Shown here one piece after another: positions 16,232 to 23,197 of a stretch of 30,212 bases of DNA (position 1 is the first letter of the stretch; each line of letters opens with the position of its first letter). The stretch spans positions 1-30,212 of the IMG/VR virus record IMGVR_UViG_3300020120_000075; one strand, written 5' to 3'. The notes under the pieces were generated by a model. It was not told the DNA's origin. It did no database searches and was given only the letters and a program-made list of their open reading frames with translations. Both the position numbers and the translations under genes were made by a program. Origin of the DNA: a virus (Duplodnaviria > Caudoviricetes).

Positions 16232-18297
16232 TGGTCACCCTGGCTGAACGACGCAGGCTTGCCGCCAGCCGCCGCGACTACCTCCGTGTCGTCGTCACCG
16301 AGCTCGAGCGCCCGCGTCGCGTAGCACTGATGGTTCGCGTCAGCACCGAGGAACAGAGCGAGCGCGAGACATACAAGGTACAGATCGACACGCTCGAGGC
16401 GTTGGCGCGGGCGCGGCAGCTGGACAGCACCCCGGACCGCGATCGCGTCCACGTCGTCCACCGCATCGTCGACGACGGCGTGAGTGGTACCAAGCCGCTG
16501 AGTGAACGCTCGGACGGTCGTCGTCTGATTGGCATGGTTTGCAGCCGCGCTGACGAAAAGTGCCGCGGCGAATGCGGTGGCGGTAGCGGCGTTGAGATTG
16601 ACGAGGTCTGGGCCACGCGCCTGGATCGCGTCGCGCGTCGTCTGCAGCTACTGATGGAGATCCACGTCTTCCTCGAGAGTCACGGCGTGAAGCTGGTCAT
16701 CGATGACCCGCACATCGACACCAGTGACGAGTTCGGCAAGCTGCTCTTCAACATCCTGGGTGCGATCGCCGAATGGGAGCGCGACATCATCGCCAAGCGC
16801 ACCGCGCAAGGCCGTCGCTCGAAGGTGGCACTGGGCAGGTGGAAAGGCGGCCTGCTGCCCTTCTGGTTATCCACTGATGAAAACGCCAACATCCTGGTTG
16901 AGGACCGACTGATCGACGCCTGTAAGCAAAGTGCGTCCGACCTGATGCGCGACATCATCCGCCGTATCACCAGCCACGAGGTCACACCCCAGGAAGAGTG
17001 CCTGCGCCTGACTGCGCTCGGCGTACCGCTCCAGGTGATGCCCAGTCTCGATGAGCCGGGCGTCCTGGTCGCCAAGCCCAACAAGAAGACGCGTGCCGAC
17101 GGCGCCTGGCGTCCGAGCCAGCTCCGCGACCTGCTGCACGACACCAAGCTAGCCGGCTACTACAAGATGGACATCTACGCCCGAGATCGGAACGGCAAGC
17201 GCATCAAGGGCGAGGACGGCAAGTGGATCGTCCAGGAGACGATCGAGTCGACGTCGCCGGCGTTGATCTCGCAGGAGGACTACGACGCGCTGCAGGCAGC
17301 GATTGACGAGAACAGCCACCTGCCTCCGCCCAATGCTTCGCGCACTTACCTGCTGAGTGGTCTGATCCGCTGCGGGCGACCTAACTGCGGCTACACCTGG
17401 TCAGGTTTCACCGCCAAGGACCCTGGTTCAAAGGGCCCCGAAGATCACTTCCGGACTGACGGCAGTCGCGGCGGTCCAGGCAGTCGCGGTGGCAAGGGTC
17501 GCAAGGCGGGCACCTGGAGCTACTACCAGTGCAGCGCCGGCAGCAGTGCGACGACCGAGCGCCACCAGGACGGCCGCGGGTGTACGACGCGTTCGGGCAT
17601 TCGCGCCCTGGAGATCGAGGGCGCGGTATGGGCGATCGTCGAAGCGATCGTGCGCAATCCGCAGCAGCTCCTTGAACGGGCCCAGGCGGAGATCGACGCC
17701 AGACGGGCTGACGTGCCTGCGCGCGATGCGCGTCTGGTGTCGATCCGCGAGCGACAATACGAGCTGTCACGCGAACGGGAACGTGTCGAGATGGCGCATC
17801 AGAAGGGCAGGAGCAGTTGGGCCCGAACTGAGCGCGAGCTGGACCACATCGACGCCCAGGTCGCCGAGCTAACCCGTGAACGCGCCATGCTCGAGTCGAA
17901 CGAGCGCATGCTCGATTCGATGAACGCGCGTCTGCAACGCTCAGGCGTTGTTATCGCCGAGTACCGCGACAAACTCGACGACCTGGATGATGAGCGCAAG
18001 CGCGAACTCATTCGGCTGTTCGTGCCCGAGGTGGTCGCTTTGCAGAGCGGGCGCAAATGGAAGGCGCGCGTGGTCGTCGACCTGGGGGCGCTGGTAGAGC
18101 GCGAAGCGACGGCGGCGCTTGGGGCGCTTGTAACCGCTTGTGGGCAGCAGTCGTTTCGAGGAGCAAACCAGCCGGAGGTCGCAAATTATCGTCGCTGGGT
18201 GATCGAGCAGGCTCAGGCTGCTGCGCAGGATCATGATCCTGCAGCCCGCTCGCTGCAGTTCGAGGTTGCCCTCTCGTCGTCCAGCGATCAGGACTGA
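16231..18297 (+). CDS. int: Large serine recombinase (integrase)
   Basis: Catalytic 'VRVSTEEQ', 'DDGVSG', 'RLDRVAR' and 'AIAEWERDII' motifs, recombinase domain, zinc ribbon 'LLSGLIRCGRPNCG...YYQC...C' and coiled coil. The GTG 16231 start is inferred. Confidence 0.92.
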   Translation: MVTLAERRRLAASRRDYLRVVVTELERPRRVALMVRVSTEEQSERETYKVQIDTLEALARARQLDSTPDRDRVHVVHRIVDDGVSGTKPLSERSDGRRLIGMVCSRADEKCRGECGGGSGVEIDEVWATRLDRVARRLQLLMEIHVFLESHGVKLVIDDPHIDTSDEFGKLLFNILGAIAEWERDIIAKRTAQGRRSKVALGRWKGGLLPFWLSTDENANILVEDRLIDACKQSASDLMRDIIRRITSHEVTPQEECLRLTALGVPLQVMPSLDEPGVLVAKPNKKTRADGAWRPSQLRDLLHDTKLAGYYKMDIYARDRNGKRIKGEDGKWIVQETIESTSPALISQEDYDALQAAIDENSHLPPPNASRTYLLSGLIRCGRPNCGYTWSGFTAKDPGSKGPEDHFRTDGSRGGPGSRGGKGRKAGTWSYYQCSAGSSATTERHQDGRGCTTRSGIRALEIEGAVWAIVEAIVRNPQQLLERAQAEIDARRADVPARDARLVSIRERQYELSRERERVEMAHQKGRSSWARTERELDHIDAQVAELTRERAMLESNERMLDSMNARLQRSGVVIAEYRDKLDDLDDERKRELIRLFVPEVVALQSGRKWKARVVVDLGALVEREATAALGALVTACGQQSFRGANQPEVANYRRWVIEQAQAAAQDHDPAARSLQFEVALSSSSDQD

Positions 18298-18491
18298 GGC
18301 GGCTGTAGCCCTGCCGCCTCGTCCTCCTCGATCCACTCAAGGATCTTGACGACCGCGGCGAGCATGTTCTGTCCGTAGAGCTCACCGCGTAACTCGACAC
18401 GCAACCGAGGTCCGTCATCCTCAGAATCGGGTACCGGCGGAAGAGGTTCCACGCCAAGGTGTCTGAAGCAACGGCGGGGCGGCTCGGCCAT
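18288..18491 (-). CDS. Small protein convergent with the integrase (candidate directionality factor)
   Basis: 67 aa; preceded by a copy of the GGACA module. The role is an inference. Confidence 0.5.
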   Translation of the reverse strand: MAEPPRRCFRHLGVEPLPPVPDSEDDGPRLRVELRGELYGQNMLAAVVKILEWIEEDEAAGLQPPQS

Positions 18492-18505
18492 GCCATCCAG
18501 TCTGC

Positions 18506-18558
18506 GCCGCCGGCATGGCCTGCCGGTGGACAGAGCTGGAAAGATTTAAAAGCTGTCC
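18506..18558 (-). promoter_or_regulatory. GGACA/TGTCC regulatory module, copy B
   Basis: Minus strand GGACAGCTTTTAAATCTTTCCAGCTCTGTCCACCGGCAGGCCATGCCGGCGGC. Confidence 0.6.
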
Positions 18559-18569
18559 ATCGCTGCAGC

Positions 18570-18845
18570 TCAGCGGGAGTCAACTTTGTCCGCTGGGTCG
18601 CTCAGGGCCAGTAATTCGTCGGGCTTGACGTGTAGCGCCGCGGCCAGCTTGCGGATCGTTTTCGGCCACGCGGGACGATCCTTTTCGAGCTTGATGATGG
18701 TCGAACGCGAAACGCCGGACGCCTTCTCGAGCTCTTCCTGAGACAACGAGCGCCGCTGGCGCCAGTATCTGAGGCGTGGCACGGGAAGCAGAGGCACGAC
18801 CAGAGATGGTCGTACACGCGCCTCAGGCTGAACAGTGCCGGTCAT
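18570..18845 (-). CDS. XRE-family HTH transcriptional regulator
   Basis: 'LRYWRQRRSLSQEELEKASGVSRSTIIKLEK...TIRKLAAALHV'; start uncertain (18845 or a downstream GTG); no peptidase domain. Confidence 0.85.
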   Translation of the reverse strand: MTGTVQPEARVRPSLVVPLLPVPRLRYWRQRRSLSQEELEKASGVSRSTIIKLEKDRPAWPKTIRKLAAALHVKPDELLALSDPADKVDSR

Positions 18846-18866
18846 GTGGCACCTGAATAGTACAGT

Positions 18867-18938
18867 AGTAGCGCGTGCTACTTGCACGGTCAAGTGCCGG
18901 CCGGCGTATTGACACGTTTCGTTTACGTGGCGTAAACG
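18867..18938. promoter_or_regulatory. Divergent promoter region with two palindromic operators
   Basis: AGTAGC-GCGT-GCTACT (18867-18882), TTGACA (18909-18914) and CGTTTACG-TGG-CGTAAACG (18920-18938). Confidence 0.55.
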
Positions 18939-19040
18939 TAGCGCTTACATAAACACAAGCGAAGTATGAGGGCTGCGCAGTGCGGCAGTTGCGCGCCCGA
19001 CGAGACCTGCACCCCCGCCGAGCACTGCGAGCCGCAACAT

Positions 19041-19059
19041 GGAACGGATGTTCTATCAT
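19041..19059 (+). promoter_or_regulatory. LexA-type SOS box abutting a -10 element
   Basis: GAAC-GGAT-GTTC (19042-19053) is followed directly by TATCAT (19054-19059), with an in-frame ATG at 19067. Confidence 0.55.
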
Positions 19060-19066
19060 CCTGGGA

Positions 19067-19600
19067 ATGGTGGGGGCCGCACGTGGGTGGAAGATCGTGC
19101 CGGTAGCGTCCAGTGGACAGATTTCAAATGTATCCGCGTTTGTCCTGCCGGAGCGCATGCCGGTGGCTGACGATGGACAGCAGCGCATGTTCCCCGAGCT
19201 CGACAAGCTCCTCGAAATCGAACGGCTGCGCCTCGAGCGCGAGCGACTGAAGCTGCTGCGCGAGGAGGCCAGGGCCGCGCGCCGGCACGCCAACAAGCCG
19301 GTCTCAACGTCGCCTCCCGAGTCGCCGCCCAGGCCCAAGCCTGCGTACCGGCCCCAGGACAAGAAACTGCGCGAGTACGAGACCTGCCGCGCCACCTTCC
19401 AGGGATACGAGCGGACAGTCCGCCTCACGGTGGGAGAGACAGGCGAGGTCACTCCGATGGCCATCTTCGTTGACGGCGGCGGTCCGCACCCCAAGACGCA
19501 GGCCAAAATCATGGGGCTATTCGGGCTGAGCTACCCGCGCCACTGGCCGCCAAGAACTTGGCCGGCGCACCCGCTCATCGAGCCCAACGGACAGATCTAA
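19067..19600 (+). CDS. Orphan protein, candidate SOS-induced activator/antirepressor
   Basis: Start is 19067, 19157 or 19187. Coiled coil, Pro linker and a C-terminal segment loosely resembling an HTH. Function is inferred from regulatory context. Confidence 0.55.
   Translation: MVGAARGWKIVPVASSGQISNVSAFVLPERMPVADDGQQRMFPELDKLLEIERLRLERERLKLLREEARAARRHANKPVSTSPPESPPRPKPAYRPQDKKLREYETCRATFQGYERTVRLTVGETGEVTPMAIFVDGGGPHPKTQAKIMGLFGLSYPRHWPPRTWPAHPLIEPNGQI
19115..19167 (+). promoter_or_regulatory. GGACA/TGTCC regulatory module, copy A
   Basis: GGACAGATTTCAAATGTATCCGCGTTTGTCCTGCCGGAGCGCATGCCGGTGGC; 38/53 ungapped identity to copy B by manual count. Confidence 0.6.
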
Positions 19601-19659
19601 ATCTGTCCAGGACAAATTTTTAAGCTGTCCATAGCTGTCACGCCAGGGGGGCCGGTGGC
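19589..19659 (+). promoter_or_regulatory. GGACA/TGTCC regulatory module, copy C, plus an extra palindrome
   Basis: GGACAGAT-CTAA-ATCTGTCC (19589-19608), then GGACAAATTTTTAAGCTGTCCATAGCTGTCACGCCAGGGGGGCCGGTGGC, ending 5 nt before ATG 19665. Confidence 0.65.
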
Positions 19660-19664
19660 GGTGC

Positions 19665-19850
19665 ATGCTGCAAGGCATGCGGGTGTACATGGAGGTTCCT
19701 GACGAAGACGCGGCGAAGGTGCACACCGCTGCCGTCAGGGAGGGGCGCGAGTTCCGCGGTCAACTCAAGTGGATCATTCATCTGTGGGCGCTGCTAGAGG
19801 CCCCGCTCGAGGAAAGAAGCGAACCTGAGCAGGTCGGCGAGGTCGCGTGA
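19665..19850 (+). CDS. Arc/ribbon-helix-helix-like DNA-binding protein
   Basis: Strand-helix-helix pattern 'MRVYMEVPDEDAAKVHTAAVREGREFRGQLKWII'; first gene of the early operon. Confidence 0.6.
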   Translation: MLQGMRVYMEVPDEDAAKVHTAAVREGREFRGQLKWIIHLWALLEAPLEERSEPEQVGEVA

Positions 19851-20107
19851 GCGATTCGTTCTTTCGGTGGCTGCACTACCACCCGGCTGAGGCCGACGCG
19901 TTGCGCGACGTGCCCGCGGGCGTGCTCAGCGCGGTCTGGGCCGCAGCGCTGAAGGCGGGTCGTCGCGAGGCGCTGCAGTCATCGGCCTACGTGCAGATCG
20001 TGCCGCTGCTGCAGGCGCTGCTCGACGAGCTGGTCGAGGACCGCGTCGACCAGGAGTTCGAGTCGATCGAGCCCAGTGAGTACTGGCACGACGAGGCGGT
20101 CCCGTGA
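19847..20107 (+). CDS. Hypothetical protein, paralog of 14810..15085
   Basis: FFRWLHYHPAE...AVWAAALKAGRREALQSSA..IVPLLQALL; coupled GTG start. Confidence 0.7.
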   Translation: MSDSFFRWLHYHPAEADALRDVPAGVLSAVWAAALKAGRREALQSSAYVQIVPLLQALLDELVEDRVDQEFESIEPSEYWHDEAVP

Positions 20108-20208
20108 TGTTCGAGCTGCCGTGGTGGGCGTGGCTGCTGGCGGGCTGGCTGCTGGCGAGCGTGTGCCTCACTCTGGCGCTAGCGCGCTGGTTCAGGTACC
20201 TCCGATGA
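20107..20208 (+). CDS. 33-aa single-TM peptide (not in ORF track)
   Basis: MFELPWWAWLLAGWLLASVCLTLALARWFRYLR; coupled at both ends. Confidence 0.6.
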   Translation: MFELPWWAWLLAGWLLASVCLTLALARWFRYLR

Positions 20209-20498
20209 GCATCGCGATCGAGACGTGTCGCTACTGCGGGCGCAGCGGCGGCGACGCGTTCAGCTTCGGGCCCGACGATCCGGCGCCCGGCGTGTGTCCG
20301 ACGTGCCTCGACGCACGCATGGCGGACGTTATGCGCAGTGCGGCGGAGCGGGCCGCGCACGAGCCCGCGTTCCAACTGAAGAGCTGGCTGCACAAGGAAT
20401 TGGTGCTGCTGGGTCTAACACCGACCTGGGCCCAGCGCTTCGTTGACGGGCAATTCACGGCGTTCGCCAGCGCCCGACGGAGGGTCAGCCGCCGATGA
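20205..20498 (+). CDS. C4 zinc-finger protein
   Basis: ATG 20205; CRYC...CPTC. Confidence 0.6.
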   Translation: MSIAIETCRYCGRSGGDAFSFGPDDPAPGVCPTCLDARMADVMRSAAERAAHEPAFQLKSWLHKELVLLGLTPTWAQRFVDGQFTAFASARRRVSRR

Positions 20499-20809
20499 CG
20501 CCCGACGATCGGGCCTGGGCGGACTACTCCGACGGATTTCGTCGCGAGGTCCTGCCGAAGCTCCTCGACTCCGCGGTGTTCCTGTCGATCCACTCGGACA
20601 ACCGCGACTTCGACGTCAAGCAGGCGACAGAGATGGGCGCCGCGCTGCTGATGGGCAAGCCCCTGCTGATCGTCGTGCCGCGTGGTCGCATCCTGCCAGC
20701 AGGCCTGCGGCGTGCCGCGGATGCGGTAGTCGACGACTGGGACGCCAGCGACCAGGGCGCCCAGCAGCGACTGCTCAACGCCATGCGCCGGCTAGGACTT
20801 ATGCCGTGA
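20495..20809 (+). CDS. Nucleoside 2-deoxyribosyltransferase-like small Rossmannoid protein
   Basis: 'TEMGAALLMGKPLLIVVP' matches the E-x-G-x-A-x3-GKP motif; 104 aa. Confidence 0.5.
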   Translation: MTPDDRAWADYSDGFRREVLPKLLDSAVFLSIHSDNRDFDVKQATEMGAALLMGKPLLIVVPRGRILPAGLRRAADAVVDDWDASDQGAQQRLLNAMRRLGLMP

Positions 20810-21255
20810 ACCTGGCCCTCCGCGGCCTGTCGTTCCCCGCGACGCGCGCCCAGGCGTACCGCGTCTCGCCGCGCGGCCCGTACTTCACCAAACACCGCCT
20901 GCTGCTGCTCCAGGGCGCCGGCGAAGACGAGCTCACCCGCTCGGTCAAGGCGTGCGCGAAGTACTACGGCTGGAACGGGGTGCACACCCGCGACAGCGAC
21001 GGCGTGATGGAGAGCGTCCACCTCGAGCGGCTGGACGGGTTCACTGAAGCCAAGGGTGTCCCGGATTGGTTGTTCTGGCACGAGGAGCTGGGCCAGCACT
21101 TCTGGTCGGAGCTCAAGGGCGCCACCGGACACCTGGGCCCCTATCAGAAGCGCGAGATCCCGTCGATGCGCCGAGGTGGCGCCGTCGTGTTCGTCTGGTA
21201 CCCGCGCGACGCGGTGACCATCGAGCGCGTCTTTCAGTACGGATTGGAGGCGTGA
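20806..21255 (+). CDS. VRR-NUC domain nuclease
   Basis: GTG 20806; 'EDEL...GVPDWL...SELKGATGHL...Q' PD-(D/E)xK pattern. Confidence 0.75.
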   Translation: MNLALRGLSFPATRAQAYRVSPRGPYFTKHRLLLLQGAGEDELTRSVKACAKYYGWNGVHTRDSDGVMESVHLERLDGFTEAKGVPDWLFWHEELGQHFWSELKGATGHLGPYQKREIPSMRRGGAVVFVWYPRDAVTIERVFQYGLEA

Positions 21256-21256
21256 G

Positions 21257-21550
21257 GTGACGCAGGAACCGATCAGGGCGCGCGTCAGTTTCCGCAAGCA
21301 GGTCTCGGACGGCAACTACGGCACCGAGGCGGCCGAGGTCACACTGGACGTGCCGCTCGGCGAGGTGTACGACCTGAGTTCGGAAGCGGTGGCTGCGACC
21401 CTGGCGACCGCGCGGCAGCTGGTGCATGCCGAGTTAGCCCAATCGCCGGCGTGGCGGGTCAGGGACGCGGTGACGCCCTCCGAGTTGCCGCCCGCAAGCA
21501 CCGGCACGCTGCCGGACGCCGACCCGGACCCGGAGGATCTGCCGTTGTGA
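21257..21550 (+). CDS. Hypothetical protein
   Basis: GGAGG RBS; 97 aa; 'VSFRKQVSDGNYGTE'. Confidence 0.65.
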   Translation: MTQEPIRARVSFRKQVSDGNYGTEAAEVTLDVPLGEVYDLSSEAVAATLATARQLVHAELAQSPAWRVRDAVTPSELPPASTGTLPDADPDPEDLPL

Positions 21551-21750
21551 GCGACGACGTGGAACTGGTGGAGGAGACGATCGCGCGCCTGCTCTTGGGA
21601 GTACCCGAGTTGTGCCAGCAGTTCGGCTGCCGGCAGCCGGTCCAGACGTGGTGTCCCCTTTGTCGTGCCTTCTTCTGCGACGAGCACGACGAGCTGTACC
21701 CCGTGAGAAAGCACGACTGCCTGCGCGGACGGGCCGAGGTGAGCGCGTGA
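21547..21750 (+). CDS. AN1/B-box-like zinc-finger protein
   Basis: GTG 21547; C-x4-C-x6-C-x2-C-x4-C-x2-H-x8-H-x-C. Confidence 0.55.
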   Translation: MSDDVELVEETIARLLLGVPELCQQFGCRQPVQTWCPLCRAFFCDEHDELYPVRKHDCLRGRAEVSA

Positions 21751-22208
21751 ACGAGCACCAGGAGCTCGCGCTGAAACAGCACTGTCGACTGGCGGCGGAA
21801 ACCGCGCATCCACGTTTCGGCTGGCGCAACGCGACCCATTCGATCGTGCTGTCGGTCAACAGTGGCTATGAGTGACTACAGATGGGACTGGGCGGGCCCG
21901 TGTGGCACGCGAGCGCGGCAGCAAGCCAAGGCTGGCCCATTGGTCGAGAGACGCTACGACGGTTTGCGCTCGAAGCGCTGGAGGGCGTCGGCGATGCGAA
22001 CCTTGGTGAATGGGAGGAGTGGACAGGCTATGCGTTTCACGTCCGACGTCGGTTGTCGGCTGCCGAACAGGAGCGCGTTGGCGATGTCATCGACATCCGC
22101 GGCACACCCGAAGCGCGGCGTCGGCTGCAGCGTGTCTGGCAGTACGCTAGCCGAAGTCCGCAGGGTCTCCGCGTTCTGCTTGAGGAAACGACCGGGGTGA
22201 GCGCGTGA
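21747..22208 (+). pseudogene. Hypothetical gene interrupted by one in-frame TGA (21873-21875); pseudogene or readthrough
   Basis: The GTG 21747 ORF and the 21882 ORF share a frame: ...SVNSGYE*LQMGLGGPVWHAS... Confidence 0.5.
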
Positions 22209-22291
22209 GCGACGACCAGCTGCGCATCGTGCTGCCGTTCGGCTTCCTGCTCGTGCTCATCCTGATCTTCGCCCTGCGGAGTGCGGGCTAG
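22205..22291 (+). CDS. 28-aa single-TM peptide (not in ORF track)
   Basis: MSDDQLRIVLPFGFLLVLILIFALRSAG; coupled at both ends. Confidence 0.55.
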   Translation: MSDDQLRIVLPFGFLLVLILIFALRSAG

Positions 22292-22494
22292 TGGCTTGGG
22301 CGCGTACGCAAGTTCGGCGTGGCCCCGTGCGCTGCAAGCTGGGTGGGCCGGCGCCGTGCATTGACGACCTGTGCCACGGGGTCGACGTCACGATGTGCGG
22401 CCTGCACTACGGCTTCGACCTGTGCGACCACGGCAATGATCCGGAGCTCTGCGACGAATACCCGTGCGACGTTGAGCGCGAGGACGACTTCTGA
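22291..22494 (+). CDS. Cys/Asp-rich small protein
   Basis: 67 aa with seven Cys; coupled at both ends. Confidence 0.55.
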   Translation: MAWARTQVRRGPVRCKLGGPAPCIDDLCHGVDVTMCGLHYGFDLCDHGNDPELCDEYPCDVEREDDF

Positions 22495-22904
22495 TGGCGC
22501 GCAACGTCGTCCTGGTCGCGTTCGGCATCGTCGTCGGCACGGTCTTCGGTGCGGCGCTGCAGATCCACGCCGCGGCTGAGGGCGGCGCCTCGGATCAGGT
22601 CGAGAAACCGGAAGTCGCGGAAGTGCCGGAAGTTGCGGAACCGACACCCGAACCGGGGTACGGCGTGTGGGACCGTCTTGCGCAATGTGAGAGCAGCGGC
22701 CGCTGGAACCGGAACTCCGGGAATGGGTACTTCGGTGGTTTGCAGGAGGACCTGGTGTTCTGGCGACGCCACGGCGGGCTGGCGTATGCATCGCGGCCGG
22801 ACCTTGCCACACGCGGGGCCCAGATCGCGGTCGCCCAGCAGGGCCTGAGTGTGCAGGGATGGCAGGCATGGCCCGTGTGCTCGCGTGTGATTGGAGTGCG
22901 TTAG
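22494..22904 (+). CDS. rpf: Resuscitation-promoting factor (Rpf)-type lytic transglycosylase with signal peptide/TM anchor
   Basis: 'WDRLAQCESSGRWNRNSGNGYFGGLQ...W...GG..YA.RPDLATR..QIAVA......QGWQAWPVCS' with the catalytic Glu and both Cys; hydrophobic N-terminus ending IHA-A; PEVAE linker. Confidence 0.88.
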   Translation: MARNVVLVAFGIVVGTVFGAALQIHAAAEGGASDQVEKPEVAEVPEVAEPTPEPGYGVWDRLAQCESSGRWNRNSGNGYFGGLQEDLVFWRRHGGLAYASRPDLATRGAQIAVAQQGLSVQGWQAWPVCSRVIGVR

Positions 22905-23197
22905 TGCCGAGTATCAACGTCACGACGCTCTACGGCCGCGACAACCGTATCCCGATGGTGCAGGTCGAAGTCCCTCGGGAGAAGGCGCAGCTGACCGTCG
23001 AGGAGGCCGAGGACCTGGCGCGCAACCTGGTGCATGCCTGCGAGGCGAGCCTGACCGACGCGTTCCTGATCGAGTTCTTTCAGCGCCCGGAGTGGGAGCT
23101 TCAGGACAACGTCTTGTGGGGGATCATCCGCGAATTTCGCGAGTGGCGCGAGGCACGCATCGCCAAACCACCCGAACAGGAGGCATCGACTGTATGA
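22904..23197 (+). CDS. Hypothetical protein
   Basis: GTG 22904 overlaps the rpf stop; 97 aa. Confidence 0.6.
   Translation: MPSINVTTLYGRDNRIPMVQVEVPREKAQLTVEEAEDLARNLVHACEASLTDAFLIEFFQRPEWELQDNVLWGIIREFREWREARIAKPPEQEASTV

Noticed and set aside
19625-19641. Pho box (CTGTCC-ATAG-CTGTCA)
   Set aside because: The period is 10 bp rather than 11, and the site is part of the larger GGACA module with an inverted half-site.
21736-22208. Repeated GGTGAGCGCGTGA at two gene ends
   Set aside because: Explained by an RBS plus GTGA translational coupling; too short to call a repeat element.
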